Position numbers and translations under genes: made by a program. Positions 17,785 through 27,434 of a DNA stretch of 64,000 bases are shown one piece after another. Origin of the DNA: Longimicrobiales bacterium (lineage in GTDB: Bacteria > Gemmatimonadota > Gemmatimonadetes > Longimicrobiales > Gaopeijiaceae); contig JAWLHJ010000001.1 of assembly GCA_041690395.1 (NCBI GenBank), positions 384,001-448,000 of the forward strand. The letters are read 5' to 3'. Under the pieces are notes generated by a model. That model did no database searches. It was not told the DNA's origin and saw nothing but the letters and a program-made list of their open reading frames with translations. How positions within the stretch are numbered: position 1 is the stretch's first letter; each line of letters opens with the position of its first letter.

Positions 17785-18569
17785 ATCCTTTCTTCTTCGG
17801 TCCCTCGGAGCGGCCCCTGTTCGGGGTGTACAGCCAGGCCCGTAACGTGTCCGGCAGCCCGGACGCGGTGCTGCTCTGCTACCCTGTGCTGGGGGAGTAC
17901 TTGCGGGCGCACAGAGCTTTCCGACAGCTCAGCAATCTCCTCTCCCGGACAGGCGCCAGCGTGCTTCGCTTCGATTATTCCTGCACCGGTGACTCCTGGG
18001 GCCGGGGAGAGGAGGCGCGCCTCGAGACCTGGATCGAGGATGTCGACTGGGCCATCGACGAGTTGCGGGATATGGTCGGAGCCTCGCGGGTTTCCATCGT
18101 CGGCTTGAGGTTCGGGGGAGCCATTGCAGCCTTGGCGGCTCGCGAGCGAGACGACGTCAAGCGGCTGGTCCTCTGGGATCCCATCGTGTCCGGAGAGCAA
18201 TTCATCCGCGAAGCTACGAGCGGCCAAGTCTCGTCAGACGGAAAGCCGCTCGGCGTGGAGGGAATACCCGTCACCGCAGCTCTCAAGGCGGAGCTCGAGG
18301 ATGTGGACCTGCTGAGCTTGGAAGGGGCCGCCGGGCGACGCACCGAGATCGTCGTGTCCACCGAGGAGCCCGCCTACGAAGAGCTGGCTCGCAATCTCCG
18401 AGCCGGCGGCGACGAGGTGCACCTGGAAGTGGTTCCCTCGTCCGGTAGCTGGACCGAGGCCGACCCCTTCGGCTCCGCCTACATTCCGGAGCAGATCATT
18501 CGAACGATCGTCGACAAGCTGACCGAAGCTGCGGGAGCGTCCGCTCCAGGGCGATTAGACGCTGGATGA
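17781..18569 (+). CDS. Alpha/beta hydrolase fold protein, exosortase-associated hydrolase-2-like, lacking a nucleophile
   Basis: EYLRAHR, VLRFDYSCTGDS, GLRFG at the nucleophile elbow, LVLWDPIVSG. ATGA overlap with the PKS. Confidence 0.8.
   Translation: MNPFFFGPSERPLFGVYSQARNVSGSPDAVLLCYPVLGEYLRAHRAFRQLSNLLSRTGASVLRFDYSCTGDSWGRGEEARLETWIEDVDWAIDELRDMVGASRVSIVGLRFGGAIAALAARERDDVKRLVLWDPIVSGEQFIREATSGQVSSDGKPLGVEGIPVTAALKAELEDVDLLSLEGAAGRRTEIVVSTEEPAYEELARNLRAGGDEVHLEVVPSSGSWTEADPFGSAYIPEQIIRTIVDKLTEAAGASAPGRLDAG
18475..18544 (+). repeat. Direct repeat copy A (3' end of the hydrolase-2 gene)
   Basis: Ungapped 70-nt alignment with 20153-20222, 57/70 identical by manual count. Confidence 0.85.
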
Positions 18570-18746
18570 CTTGGAGGCGAGGGCGCGACCGTTCGCGGTC
18601 TCTGGGCGCAAGGTATCGTCGGCGTGTGTTGTACACTTCAGAATATGCTGCGACATTGACCCGTAGTTCCTCGAAGGATCGCCCCCCGTGAGTACGGCTC
18701 TCCTCTTCCATCTCGCGACTACGCGTCGTCGCCCCGAGGACTCCCC

Positions 18747-20150
18747 TTGCAGCTCAACTTCGTAAATCATGCCGGTTTCCTGGTCGAGACCAATGGCATC
18801 GTCCTCCTGTGCGATCCCTGGTTGGAAGGCTCTGCCTTCAACGGAGGGTGGCAGTTGCTCGCCCCGACAGCACTCCGCGACGAGGACATCCATCGCGTCA
18901 CGCACATCTGGTTCTCGCACGAGCACCCGGATCATTTCAGCCCCGCCGATCTGAAGCGTATTCCCGAAGAGGTCCGTGCTCGAATCACGATCCTTTTCCA
19001 ATCGAGCGTGGACCGCAAGCTGGCCCGCTTCTGCGAGAAGTTCGGATTCGCTGAAGTCCGAGAGCTGCAGCCAGACACCTGGTACCCGCTGAACGGGTCG
19101 GTCGAGATGCTCTGCAACCCGTTGCCGACGGAGTGGGACGCAGATTCGTGGATGTGCCTGCGCGACGGGGATCGGACGCTCCTGAACATCAACGACTGTG
19201 GTGTGGACGAGCCCGGGATCGCTCACTCGATCAAGGAGCAGGTGGGCCCGGTCGACGTTTTGATGACTCAGTTCTCCTACGCGGCGTGGACGGGTAACCC
19301 CGAGGATTCGCATCAACGGGGCGAGGTGGCGAAGGGAATCCTCGAAAACATCCGACTCCAGATCGAGGTGATCGAACCCCGTCAGGTGGTCCCGTTCGCC
19401 AGCTTCGTCTGGTTCTCGAGCCGGGCTGCGCACCACCTCAACGCCGACGTGAACCGGATCGACCGGGTCGTGGACTTCATCGATGGCCAGACCGAAGCCG
19501 AGACCGTCGTGCTCTACCCCGGAGACCGATGGACCGTAGGCGACGATCACGACAGCACGGGCAGCGTCTCGCGGTATCTGGTGCATCATGAAAGTCTTCC
19601 CTCGATGGACGAGCTGCCGATTCCCCGCACCGTGCCGGAAAGGGAGCTGCTCGAAGCGTCCGAGAGCTATGTGACCCGCCTTCGCGAGGCGGTGAGCCCG
19701 CTTCTCATCCGCCTCGACCAGGCTGTCGACGCGGGTAAAGAACTCGGAACGATGGAGCGCTTCGTTCAGCTTTTCAGGAACCCCGAGCCCGGCCTGATCC
19801 ACGTCGAAGATATCGAAAGAGCCTATGCATTCGATCCCGTTCGTGGTCTTCGTCCAGCTGGCGTCTCCCCTGGGATGTGCCACATTCGCACGGATTCGGA
19901 CTCGCTGTTGTTCGCGCTGAAGTTCTTGTGGGGTGGCGAGAGCCTGCAGGTCAACGGGCGGTTCATCGAGTTGCGGACCGATGGGGACGACGAGCTCGGG
20001 GCGACCGCCGACAAGGTATTTCGCCAATTCAGACTGGGTCGCAGTCTCGATCTGGGGCGGGATCTGAGTTGGACGGCGGTCGTACGCTCCGCGGCCCGGC
20101 ATCTCCAGAGCCTCTTCCCTGGATTCGAAACGAGGACCTCGGGGCGCTAA
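18747..20150 (+). CDS. MBL-fold metalloenzyme resembling the catalytic region of CMP-Neu5Ac hydroxylase (no Rieske domain)
   Basis: TTG start with GAGGA RBS. Motifs FVNHAG, LCDPWLEGSAFNGGW, SHEHPDHFS, DADS, NINDC, VPFAS. Confidence 0.75.
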   Translation: MQLNFVNHAGFLVETNGIVLLCDPWLEGSAFNGGWQLLAPTALRDEDIHRVTHIWFSHEHPDHFSPADLKRIPEEVRARITILFQSSVDRKLARFCEKFGFAEVRELQPDTWYPLNGSVEMLCNPLPTEWDADSWMCLRDGDRTLLNINDCGVDEPGIAHSIKEQVGPVDVLMTQFSYAAWTGNPEDSHQRGEVAKGILENIRLQIEVIEPRQVVPFASFVWFSSRAAHHLNADVNRIDRVVDFIDGQTEAETVVLYPGDRWTVGDDHDSTGSVSRYLVHHESLPSMDELPIPRTVPERELLEASESYVTRLREAVSPLLIRLDQAVDAGKELGTMERFVQLFRNPEPGLIHVEDIERAYAFDPVRGLRPAGVSPGMCHIRTDSDSLLFALKFLWGGESLQVNGRFIELRTDGDDELGATADKVFRQFRLGRSLDLGRDLSWTAVVRSAARHLQSLFPGFETRTSGR

Positions 20151-20152
20151 CA

Positions 20153-20226
20153 CCGCATATATTCCGGAGCAGATTCTTCGAACCATCGTGAACAAGCCGA
20201 CCGAACGACCTGGAGCGTCCGCATGA
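20153..20226 (+). pseudogene. Orphan 3' remnant of a hydrolase-2 gene (direct repeat copy B)
   Basis: Translates to AYIPEQILRTIVNKPTERPGASA*, versus AYIPEQIIRTIVDKLTEAAGASA in the intact gene. Its TGA overlaps the ATG of the next gene (ATGA). Confidence 0.75.
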
Positions 20227-21086
20227 AAGAGCGAGCCCTCACTTTTGGCCCGGACGGTATTCTCGTCGGGGTCCTGACGGAGCCCGATCCCAGCTTGGCT
20301 GTTCCCGGAGCACCGGGGCACGTCATTCTGAATTCGGGAATTCTCCACCGTGTAGGCGCGAGCCGCATCTACGTGCAGATCGCGAGGGCGCTAGCCGAAC
20401 GAGGCTTCACGACACTCCGGTTCGACTTCTCCGGTGTCGGCGACTCAGGGACCCGCAGGGACACGCTTCCCATCGAGGAACGGTTCGTCCAGGAAACCCG
20501 TGAGGCCATGGACTACCTGGCTGGCGTCAAGGGAATGGACCGGTTCGTACTCGGGGGACTCTGTTCCGGGGCCGACGGAGCGTTCTGGACGGCGCTGAAG
20601 GATGGCCGGACCGTCGGTATCTGGCAGATCGATCCGTTCACGTACCGGACGCTTGGTTACTATCTGCGACGCTTTGGTCCGAAGCTGCTCGATCCGAAGG
20701 CATGGCTGCACTCGATCCGGGTGCGGTTGCCCGGAAACAAGACGATCGACGAGACCGAGTCTGACGTTTTCGCCGCGCCGGAGTACCGACGGACCTTCCC
20801 GCCTCGAACGGTCGTCCGAGATGGATTGGGTGAGCTGCTGGCGCGTGACGCCTCAATGTACGTCTTCCTCACAGGTGGAGCCGAAGTCAACTACGAGCGG
20901 CAGTACGCCGACGCATTCCCCTCTTTGTCCGTTGGAGAGCGCGTAGAGGTGCGGTTCGTTCCGGAGGCTGGCCACACGCTCACCGGTCTCGACCACCAGC
21001 GGTTCCTAGTGGAGGAAATCGGACAGTGGATGTCTGGGCTTCATTCAGGCGCTTCGGTGACACCCGTCGGCGAGTCGGCCTACTGA
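20223..21086 (+). CDS. Alpha/beta hydrolase, exosortase-associated hydrolase-1-like, Cys nucleophile
   Basis: NSGILHRVGASR, LRFDFSGVGDS, GLCSGA elbow and C-terminal AGHT His. Confidence 0.8.
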   Translation: MKERALTFGPDGILVGVLTEPDPSLAVPGAPGHVILNSGILHRVGASRIYVQIARALAERGFTTLRFDFSGVGDSGTRRDTLPIEERFVQETREAMDYLAGVKGMDRFVLGGLCSGADGAFWTALKDGRTVGIWQIDPFTYRTLGYYLRRFGPKLLDPKAWLHSIRVRLPGNKTIDETESDVFAAPEYRRTFPPRTVVRDGLGELLARDASMYVFLTGGAEVNYERQYADAFPSLSVGERVEVRFVPEAGHTLTGLDHQRFLVEEIGQWMSGLHSGASVTPVGESAY

Positions 21087-21150
21087 GCACCGTGGGTCGA
21101 GCCGCTCAAGGCGCTCTTATGTTCCTCTACGACCATCTAGTCTCGAGTCC

Positions 21151-22350
21151 GTGACTCGACTTCTGGTTACCGACGGAGAGCAGCGCTCGAGCCTGGCAGT
21201 CGTCCGATCTCTGGGGCGCGCCGGTCACGACGTGCATGTGTGCTCGACACACCGGCGGCCGCTCGCCGGGGCTTCCCGCTTCGTGCGAGCAGTGCATCGC
21301 GCGGCCGATCCAACCACCGACCCCCAGGCATACGTCGAGGCTGTGGCTAAGGTAGTCCGAGAACGTGACATCCAAGTCCTTCTCCCGACGACCGACACGT
21401 CGATGAGCCTCTTGCTGGATATGCCTCATCGGATTCCGGGCCTCATCATACCATTCCCTGACAGGAGCGTTTACGAGGCCATCGCCGACAAGCGCCACCT
21501 GATGCAGGTGGCCAGAGATGTGGGCGTTCCGGTGCCGCGCCAGGTGGTGATCGAAGCCCCGCTGGCAGACCCGGTGGCGCTCATGGATTTCTTCCCTGGC
21601 GAGGCGCTCGTCCTCAAGCCTGCGAGGTCGGCCGTTGTCGGAGTACACGGAATCCGCCGGTTCGGGGTCCGGATGCTGGAGCGAGCGAGTGACGCGCCCA
21701 CGGTACTGAGGGACTTCCCACCGGAAGCTTATCCGATACTCGCCCAGGAACGGATCACGGGACCTGGACTCGGGGCGTTCCTTCTCGCCGACGCGGGGCG
21801 GCCGCTCGCTTCCTTCGGTCATAGGCGGATTCGCGAGAAGCCACCCACTGGCGGGGTCAGCGTGTACCGCGAGGCTGTTCGTCTGCGGGAGGATATCCTC
21901 GGTCATGCCGAAAGGCTGCTCCAGGCCTTTCGGTGGACGGGCGTGGCAATGGTGGAGTTCAAAGAGGACGTCGCCACCGGGACGCCTTATCTCATGGAAA
22001 TCAATGGCCGCTTCTGGGGCTCACTCCAGCTCGCCATCGACGCGGGTGTGGACTTCCCTCGTCTCCTTCTGGACTTAGCAGAAGGACGGGAAGTTCCGCA
22101 CGCCCTCGAGCCGACGCGCCACGTGCGGAGCCGATGGCTGTGGGGGGATGTCGACCATCTAATCTGGATGTTGCGGCATGGGCGCCGGGCACGTGCCGCC
22201 GACACCACCCTTCCGGGGCCGCTCGGTGCTCTCGGACGGTTTCTCATGCCGTGGCGTCCCGGCGACCGCTTCGAGGTTCTCCGATTAACCGATCCGGCCC
22301 CCTTCCTACGCGAGTCCATTCAATGGTTCTCGGACCTGGCTTCACGATGA
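21151..22350 (+). CDS. ATP-grasp carboxylate-amine ligase
   Basis: LVTDGEQRSSLAVVRSLG, DKRHL, VLKP, QERITG, HRRIREKP, AMVEFK, LMEINGRFWGSLQLAIDAGVDFP. Confidence 0.85.
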   Translation: MTRLLVTDGEQRSSLAVVRSLGRAGHDVHVCSTHRRPLAGASRFVRAVHRAADPTTDPQAYVEAVAKVVRERDIQVLLPTTDTSMSLLLDMPHRIPGLIIPFPDRSVYEAIADKRHLMQVARDVGVPVPRQVVIEAPLADPVALMDFFPGEALVLKPARSAVVGVHGIRRFGVRMLERASDAPTVLRDFPPEAYPILAQERITGPGLGAFLLADAGRPLASFGHRRIREKPPTGGVSVYREAVRLREDILGHAERLLQAFRWTGVAMVEFKEDVATGTPYLMEINGRFWGSLQLAIDAGVDFPRLLLDLAEGREVPHALEPTRHVRSRWLWGDVDHLIWMLRHGRRARAADTTLPGPLGALGRFLMPWRPGDRFEVLRLTDPAPFLRESIQWFSDLASR

Positions 22351-22429
22351 GGTGTGGTCCCTATGTCAGATCGGCTGCCACCACCAGCACCCAATTCGCC
22401 AAGACGCACCTGAGAAGCGGGCTGCGGAC

Positions 22430-23338
22430 TTACACCGCACTCCGGCGCGGCTCATGAGACTCCTGCCGGACCCAATCAACGACTGCCGTGGTCAGACGAT
22501 CCCGCAGCTCCTCGCGGCTGAATGTGTGATCCGAGTCTTCATAGTACTCCAACGTGAGCCGATCTCGGAAGTCAATTCCGGGCACCACCTCCAGTAGCTG
22601 CTCGCGATAGTTGTACTGCCTGGGTAGACCGGCGGTGAAGATGCACAGCAGCCGACCACCTCTGGTCACAATTCTTTCGAAATACTCCCTCATCAGAGGC
22701 TTGGGAACCCATGCATCCAGATTGAGGCTGGGGGCCTCCGGCTCCGGGACGGATTGTGCCCCTCGGCGCCCTAGCGCTCGTTTCATGGTTCCGAAGATTC
22801 GCCGTACGTAGCGATGCCTTCCCGTCAAGGCCTTCATCCACCAGTTGGCGCGGAGCAGACGGCGCCCGTAGTGCCTCACCCAGAATCCAGGAGTCAGGTG
22901 CGTATTGAGGTCCAGGAGTACCGCTCCGACCACGTCGTCTCGTCGTCCCATCGTCCGGAGCGCATTGTCTGCCCCGGAGCAGAGTCCAATGAGAACGAAC
23001 TGATGAGCACCGAAGTGGGCAGCCATGAAGTCGATCGCGTCGTCAATATCCGCCTCAACCCGTTCCTGAATCGATCTGCCTTCTGCACTTGGAGGAAGCA
23101 CAGAGTCGCCGATGCCTGAGAGGTCGAATCGAAGACTCGAGAACCCTTCAGAGGCGAGAGCTCGCCCGATTGACACATAGATGCGGTTGGGACCCGTACG
23201 ATGAATAATACCGGAGCTGATGAACAGGATTGCCGGTGCAGTTGGCGGACCCTCAGGTTCTCTCGGCACACACGTGGCTCCGACAAGGGAGCGATCGCGA
23301 CCGAAGACGACGGGAGCCTCGACGAACGGCGGTCTCAC
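22430..23338 (-). CDS. Second hydrolase-1-like alpha/beta hydrolase, Cys nucleophile
   Basis: SSGIIHRTGPNR, LRFDLSGIGDS, GLCSGA, SDHTF. The GTG start at 23338 overlaps the upstream stop; ATG 23347 is an alternative. Confidence 0.8.
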   Translation of the reverse strand: MRPPFVEAPVVFGRDRSLVGATCVPREPEGPPTAPAILFISSGIIHRTGPNRIYVSIGRALASEGFSSLRFDLSGIGDSVLPPSAEGRSIQERVEADIDDAIDFMAAHFGAHQFVLIGLCSGADNALRTMGRRDDVVGAVLLDLNTHLTPGFWVRHYGRRLLRANWWMKALTGRHRYVRRIFGTMKRALGRRGAQSVPEPEAPSLNLDAWVPKPLMREYFERIVTRGGRLLCIFTAGLPRQYNYREQLLEVVPGIDFRDRLTLEYYEDSDHTFSREELRDRLTTAVVDWVRQESHEPRRSAV

Positions 23339-24078
23339 GCCACCCATTGCGCAATCCTGGCCAGAAGAACCGCCGGCACGGCGCCGACCCCCACGTTGCT
23401 CATCTCCTTCCAGGAGGGAGGGTTGGGAAAAACTTCGTACTCCACATCCCCGCCTCTCGCCTTGAGCTCACGATGGAGGCTGCGATGTTTAGGCAGATCC
23501 TCAGACACGATCGTGAGGACCCTTGACGGCAATCGCCGGACATCGGTGATGCTTGCCTTCGCCAGGCCCTGTTGAAGCCCTTCAGAGAATACAAAACCTT
23601 GTATCTCACGGTCTTCCCCGGCCTTGCCGTCAGAATCCTCCCAAATGTGCTCCGATACATAGTCCGCGCCGAAGGCGATCGGATCCCACAACACCAGGTT
23701 GTCGACGGACTTGGACTGTGCCATGGCATGGGCCGCAACCAGCGCGCCGATTCGTAGGCCGACGAGGGCTACCCGTCTAACGGAAGCTACATCCACCGCC
23801 TCTTGCACTGCGGTGCACGTGTCCTGGACCGCACCCTCGAAAGAAAGGTCCCGAGCTTCGCCTCCGGAGTTACCGGTACCGAAGTAGTCGAACCGGATGC
23901 AGTCCAAGCCGTTTTCGCCAAGCCGGCTCGCAAGAATGCGGCACGTACGGTAAGACCTCATGTACTCTTGGCCGAACGGCGGGCAGATTACCACAGCCTG
24001 TCGACGACGTCGACCAACAGCCGGGGTGTATACCCCCTGGAGCGGTCGTTCCGAAGTCCCGAGCAACAGCGGAATCAT
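23335..24078 (-). CDS. Second hydrolase-2-like alpha/beta fold protein, lacking a nucleophile
   Basis: CPPFGQEYMRSYR, IRFDYFGTGNS, GLRIG elbow, LVLWDP. Confidence 0.8.
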   Translation of the reverse strand: MIPLLLGTSERPLQGVYTPAVGRRRRQAVVICPPFGQEYMRSYRTCRILASRLGENGLDCIRFDYFGTGNSGGEARDLSFEGAVQDTCTAVQEAVDVASVRRVALVGLRIGALVAAHAMAQSKSVDNLVLWDPIAFGADYVSEHIWEDSDGKAGEDREIQGFVFSEGLQQGLAKASITDVRRLPSRVLTIVSEDLPKHRSLHRELKARGGDVEYEVFPNPPSWKEMSNVGVGAVPAVLLARIAQWVA

Positions 24079-24122
24079 AGCCTACGTCACCAGATCAAGA
24101 ATCGGTCGCGACGGACGACCAG

Positions 24123-27100
24123 TCACGCACTGGCTGTTGCGGCCTCAAGGGCGGCCGCGACCTGTTCCAGCGAGTAGAAGAAGAGGAGGCGAGGATCCAA
24201 GCGCTGGCCTGTTTCCCGCTCCAGTTCGGCGATCACTCGAACCGAGAGCAGCGAGTGGCCACCCAATTCGAAGAAGTTGTCATCCCTGCCAACGGCATCG
24301 AGTTGGAGCAGGCCCTTCCAAGTCCCGGCAACCAGTTCTTCGGCTCCGGGACGGGGCGGACGAAAATCCTCGGTCTGTCTCGGAATGATCTTTGGAGAGG
24401 GCAAGGCAGCCCGATCGACCTTCCCGCTAGGTGTCCGAGGTATCTCCGGGATTTCCAGGAATAGCCCCGGGACCATGTAATCCGGTAGGGTCGCGCGGAG
24501 GTGCGCACGAAGCTCGCTCGGTGTCGCGCCTCCCGGTGTGTCGAATACGACCCAAGCCACCAAGCGCATGTCGCCATCGGCGAAATCCACGCCGTCGACC
24601 ACGGCTTCCTTGACGCTCCGGTGAGCACGGAGTGTCTGCTCCACCTCTCCTGGCTCAATGCGATGGCCTCGGACCTTGAGCTGCCAATCGAGACGGCCGA
24701 AGAACTCCAATTCTCCGGTGTGGCGATAACGGGCTCTGTCTCCCGTACGGTACATGCGACCGTAACCGTCCAGCTCGACGAAGCGCTGTGCCGTCAAGTC
24801 GGGGCGCCTATGATATCCCAGACTGACACCTCCGCCCCCGATCAACAACTCACCCTTCACTCCGATTGGTACCGGATGTAGCTCGCCGTCAACGATTAGC
24901 ACCTGAGTGTTGGCGATCGGCTTGCCAATCGGTATGGAGGGGAGCTCGAGGTCAGACGGCACGACCTGGTGGATGGTCGACCATATCGTGGTTTCGGTGG
25001 GACCATACATGTTCCAGAGTTCCCCGACCGACTCGACGAGTTGAGCCGCAAGATCCATCGGAAGCGCCTCACCGCCCACAAGTACCTTGAGCGACGCGTC
25101 ACCTTGCCATCCGGCCTCGAACAACATCCGCCAGAAACTCGGTGTGGCCTGGACGACTGTAGGCCGCCATACCTCGAGACTCTGGATGAATTCGTCCGGA
25201 TAGTCCAACTCATCCTGTGACGCCAGCACCACTCGAGCGCCGACGACCAAGGGCAGAAACAGCTCGAGGACAGAGATGTCGAAGCTGACTGTGGTGGCTG
25301 CGAGCAGGACATCCGATTCCTGAAGTCCAGGCTTGTCAGCCATCGAAGAGAGGAAGTTCACGACGTTCGCATGACTGACCTTCACCCCCTTTGGTCGCCC
25401 CGTCGATCCTGAGGTGTAGATGACATAGGCAGTGCTCTCCGGTTCCAGCTGAACCTCTGATCGGAAATCCGGATTCTCTTCGAACGCATGGTCGTCCAAG
25501 TTGAGGATCGTCGATCCGTCCGGCACCAGGTGCGCGGTATCATCCGCGCACACTATGGCAACAGCCTCTGAGTCCCCCACGATGAACTGGATCCGGTCCA
25601 ACGGATACTCGGGATCCAGCGGAACGTAACCTGCACCCGATCGGAGGATACCGATAAGCAGTGGGAGGATCCTGGCTTCACGGGTGAGCAATACGGCAAC
25701 CAGATCGCCCTCGGCTACTCCCGCCGCGCGCAAAGCTCCCGCAATCCTGGCCGACTCCGATTCTAGGTCCCCGTAGGTCAGAGTATGGGTAGCATCGCGA
25801 ATCGCGTCACGGTCGGGCGTTTTGCCAGCCCCCTCTAGCAGGAGCTCATGCACCAACGCATGCTCTCCTGCCTCACGCCCAGTGGTATTCCATTCAAGCC
25901 ACTCTACTCGCTCCTCGTCCGTCACCAACGATGCGTCGGCGATGGTTCTGTCGAGGTCCTCGAGGAAGAGGTCCAATACCTGATGGACGGCGTGCCCGAG
26001 CCGGAGGCCTGAAGCCCGGTCGAACAATTCCGTCGAGTAGGTGCAGGTCCCCTGGATTCCCTCCTCCTCAGAATTCATCAACCACATCGCGAACTCAGCG
26101 TGGGTCCAGGGCGTCGAAACGTGGAAACGTGTGGCCTCCAGGTTCCCCCAGATCACAGGTCGATCCGAGATATCCCAAAGATTCAGAGAAACCTGGTAGA
26201 CGGGCGTTCTCGACGGATCGTGAGGTAGCCCAAGGCTACGGACGACATCGTTGAAGGGAGCGTCCTGATGCGCCAGGGCGCCGAGCAGAGCGTTCTTGAC
26301 CGTCCGGAGGTAGTGACGAAGGGACTCGTTCGGGTCCACCGTAGTGCGCACGGGAATCGTATTGAGGAAACCTCCGATGAGGTTTCGCAACTCGGGGTGC
26401 GCGCGACCGGCTACGGGGGTCCCGACGATTATGTCCGTGGCCGATGTCAGGTAATGAATCGCCAACTTGAGACCAGCCATCAGCACCATGAACGGTGTCG
26501 CACCTACAGTCCGGCCGACCTCGGCCAGCCGGTCCCTCTTCGCGGGCGGGATCTCGAACGCGAAGTCGGATCCGGACAAATCGAACGCGCTCTTCCGCGG
26601 ATAGTCCGGGGTCAGCTCAAACTGAGGAAGGGGCTTCGACAGACGCTCCTTCCAGTACGCCAGGTCCTCCGTCAGACGTTCACCGGAGTATTGCGTCCGT
26701 TGCCACCGGATCCAGTCCGGAAACTGTATCGGCAGCGGGGGAAAGGATGGCTCTCGCCCCTCGGCCCGTGCCGCATAGCCTTCCGCGAGTTCCCGGACGA
26801 TGACGCTGAAAGAGAACGCGTCCGTGAGCATGTGGTGCAGGTTGCAGTACAGGACGGTTTCATCTTCCGAAAGCTGGAACACCTTGAAGTAGAGGAGTGG
26901 AGGTGTCTGAACGTCGAAATCGTGGAAGTACTCCTCTCGAATCCGATCGTGACAAGCGGACAGGCGCTCAGCACAGGAGATCCCCGAGAGATCCTCAACC
27001 GGAAGCTCTATCTCGACGCCCCGCGCGTACCGTAGTCGAGGTCGCCCACCGTCCTCCACGACGTAGGAACGAAGCGTAGCGTGGCGGGCAACAAGATCGT

Positions 27101-27434
27101 TGATCGATGCCCGCATGGCACGGTGGTCGAGCCTGCCCTTCAGATGATATGCGGCCACAACGTTGTAGGCCGGAGCGAGGCCTGCTTTACTGAAGTACCA
27201 CATTCGCTCCTGCATGAACGACAGGTCCGTGTCTTCGCCGCTCCAGCTCCGGGGAATACCGGCGGTGGCACCATTGCCGAGATGTTCGATGAGGGCCTGC
27301 TTGTGATCCGTGAGAAGCTGTTTCAGCTCTGTCGTCAGTGCGCCTGCAGGCCCCCGTACACGTAGGTCGGGACCAGACGCCGAAACGTCCAACCCACGTG
27401 CCTGGAGGGACGCGAGAATGTCCTCCGCGCTCAC
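24123..27434 (-). CDS. NRPS2: TubC-type N-terminal docking domain - C - A(Gly-type) - PCP
   Basis: N-terminal LQARGLDVSASGPDLRVRGPAGALTTELKQLLTDHKQALI. C: LSFMQERMW, HHMLTDA. A: YTSGSTGRPKG, FDISVLE, NMYGPTETTIW. PCP: FFELGGHSL. Confidence 0.93.
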   Translation of the reverse strand: MSAEDILASLQARGLDVSASGPDLRVRGPAGALTTELKQLLTDHKQALIEHLGNGATAGIPRSWSGEDTDLSFMQERMWYFSKAGLAPAYNVVAAYHLKGRLDHRAMRASINDLVARHATLRSYVVEDGGRPRLRYARGVEIELPVEDLSGISCAERLSACHDRIREEYFHDFDVQTPPLLYFKVFQLSEDETVLYCNLHHMLTDAFSFSVIVRELAEGYAARAEGREPSFPPLPIQFPDWIRWQRTQYSGERLTEDLAYWKERLSKPLPQFELTPDYPRKSAFDLSGSDFAFEIPPAKRDRLAEVGRTVGATPFMVLMAGLKLAIHYLTSATDIIVGTPVAGRAHPELRNLIGGFLNTIPVRTTVDPNESLRHYLRTVKNALLGALAHQDAPFNDVVRSLGLPHDPSRTPVYQVSLNLWDISDRPVIWGNLEATRFHVSTPWTHAEFAMWLMNSEEEGIQGTCTYSTELFDRASGLRLGHAVHQVLDLFLEDLDRTIADASLVTDEERVEWLEWNTTGREAGEHALVHELLLEGAGKTPDRDAIRDATHTLTYGDLESESARIAGALRAAGVAEGDLVAVLLTREARILPLLIGILRSGAGYVPLDPEYPLDRIQFIVGDSEAVAIVCADDTAHLVPDGSTILNLDDHAFEENPDFRSEVQLEPESTAYVIYTSGSTGRPKGVKVSHANVVNFLSSMADKPGLQESDVLLAATTVSFDISVLELFLPLVVGARVVLASQDELDYPDEFIQSLEVWRPTVVQATPSFWRMLFEAGWQGDASLKVLVGGEALPMDLAAQLVESVGELWNMYGPTETTIWSTIHQVVPSDLELPSIPIGKPIANTQVLIVDGELHPVPIGVKGELLIGGGGVSLGYHRRPDLTAQRFVELDGYGRMYRTGDRARYRHTGELEFFGRLDWQLKVRGHRIEPGEVEQTLRAHRSVKEAVVDGVDFADGDMRLVAWVVFDTPGGATPSELRAHLRATLPDYMVPGLFLEIPEIPRTPSGKVDRAALPSPKIIPRQTEDFRPPRPGAEELVAGTWKGLLQLDAVGRDDNFFELGGHSLLSVRVIAELERETGQRLDPRLLFFYSLEQVAAALEAATASA

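Noticed and set aside
18475..20222. The 70-bp direct repeat as an IS target-site duplication or CRISPR repeat
   Set aside because: It is too long and diverged, there are only two copies, there is no transposase, terminal inverted repeat or spacer array, and it matches coding sequence.
18555..20348. 597-aa minus-strand ORF
   Set aside because: Antisense to the MBL-fold gene, which has the metal-binding motif and an RBS.
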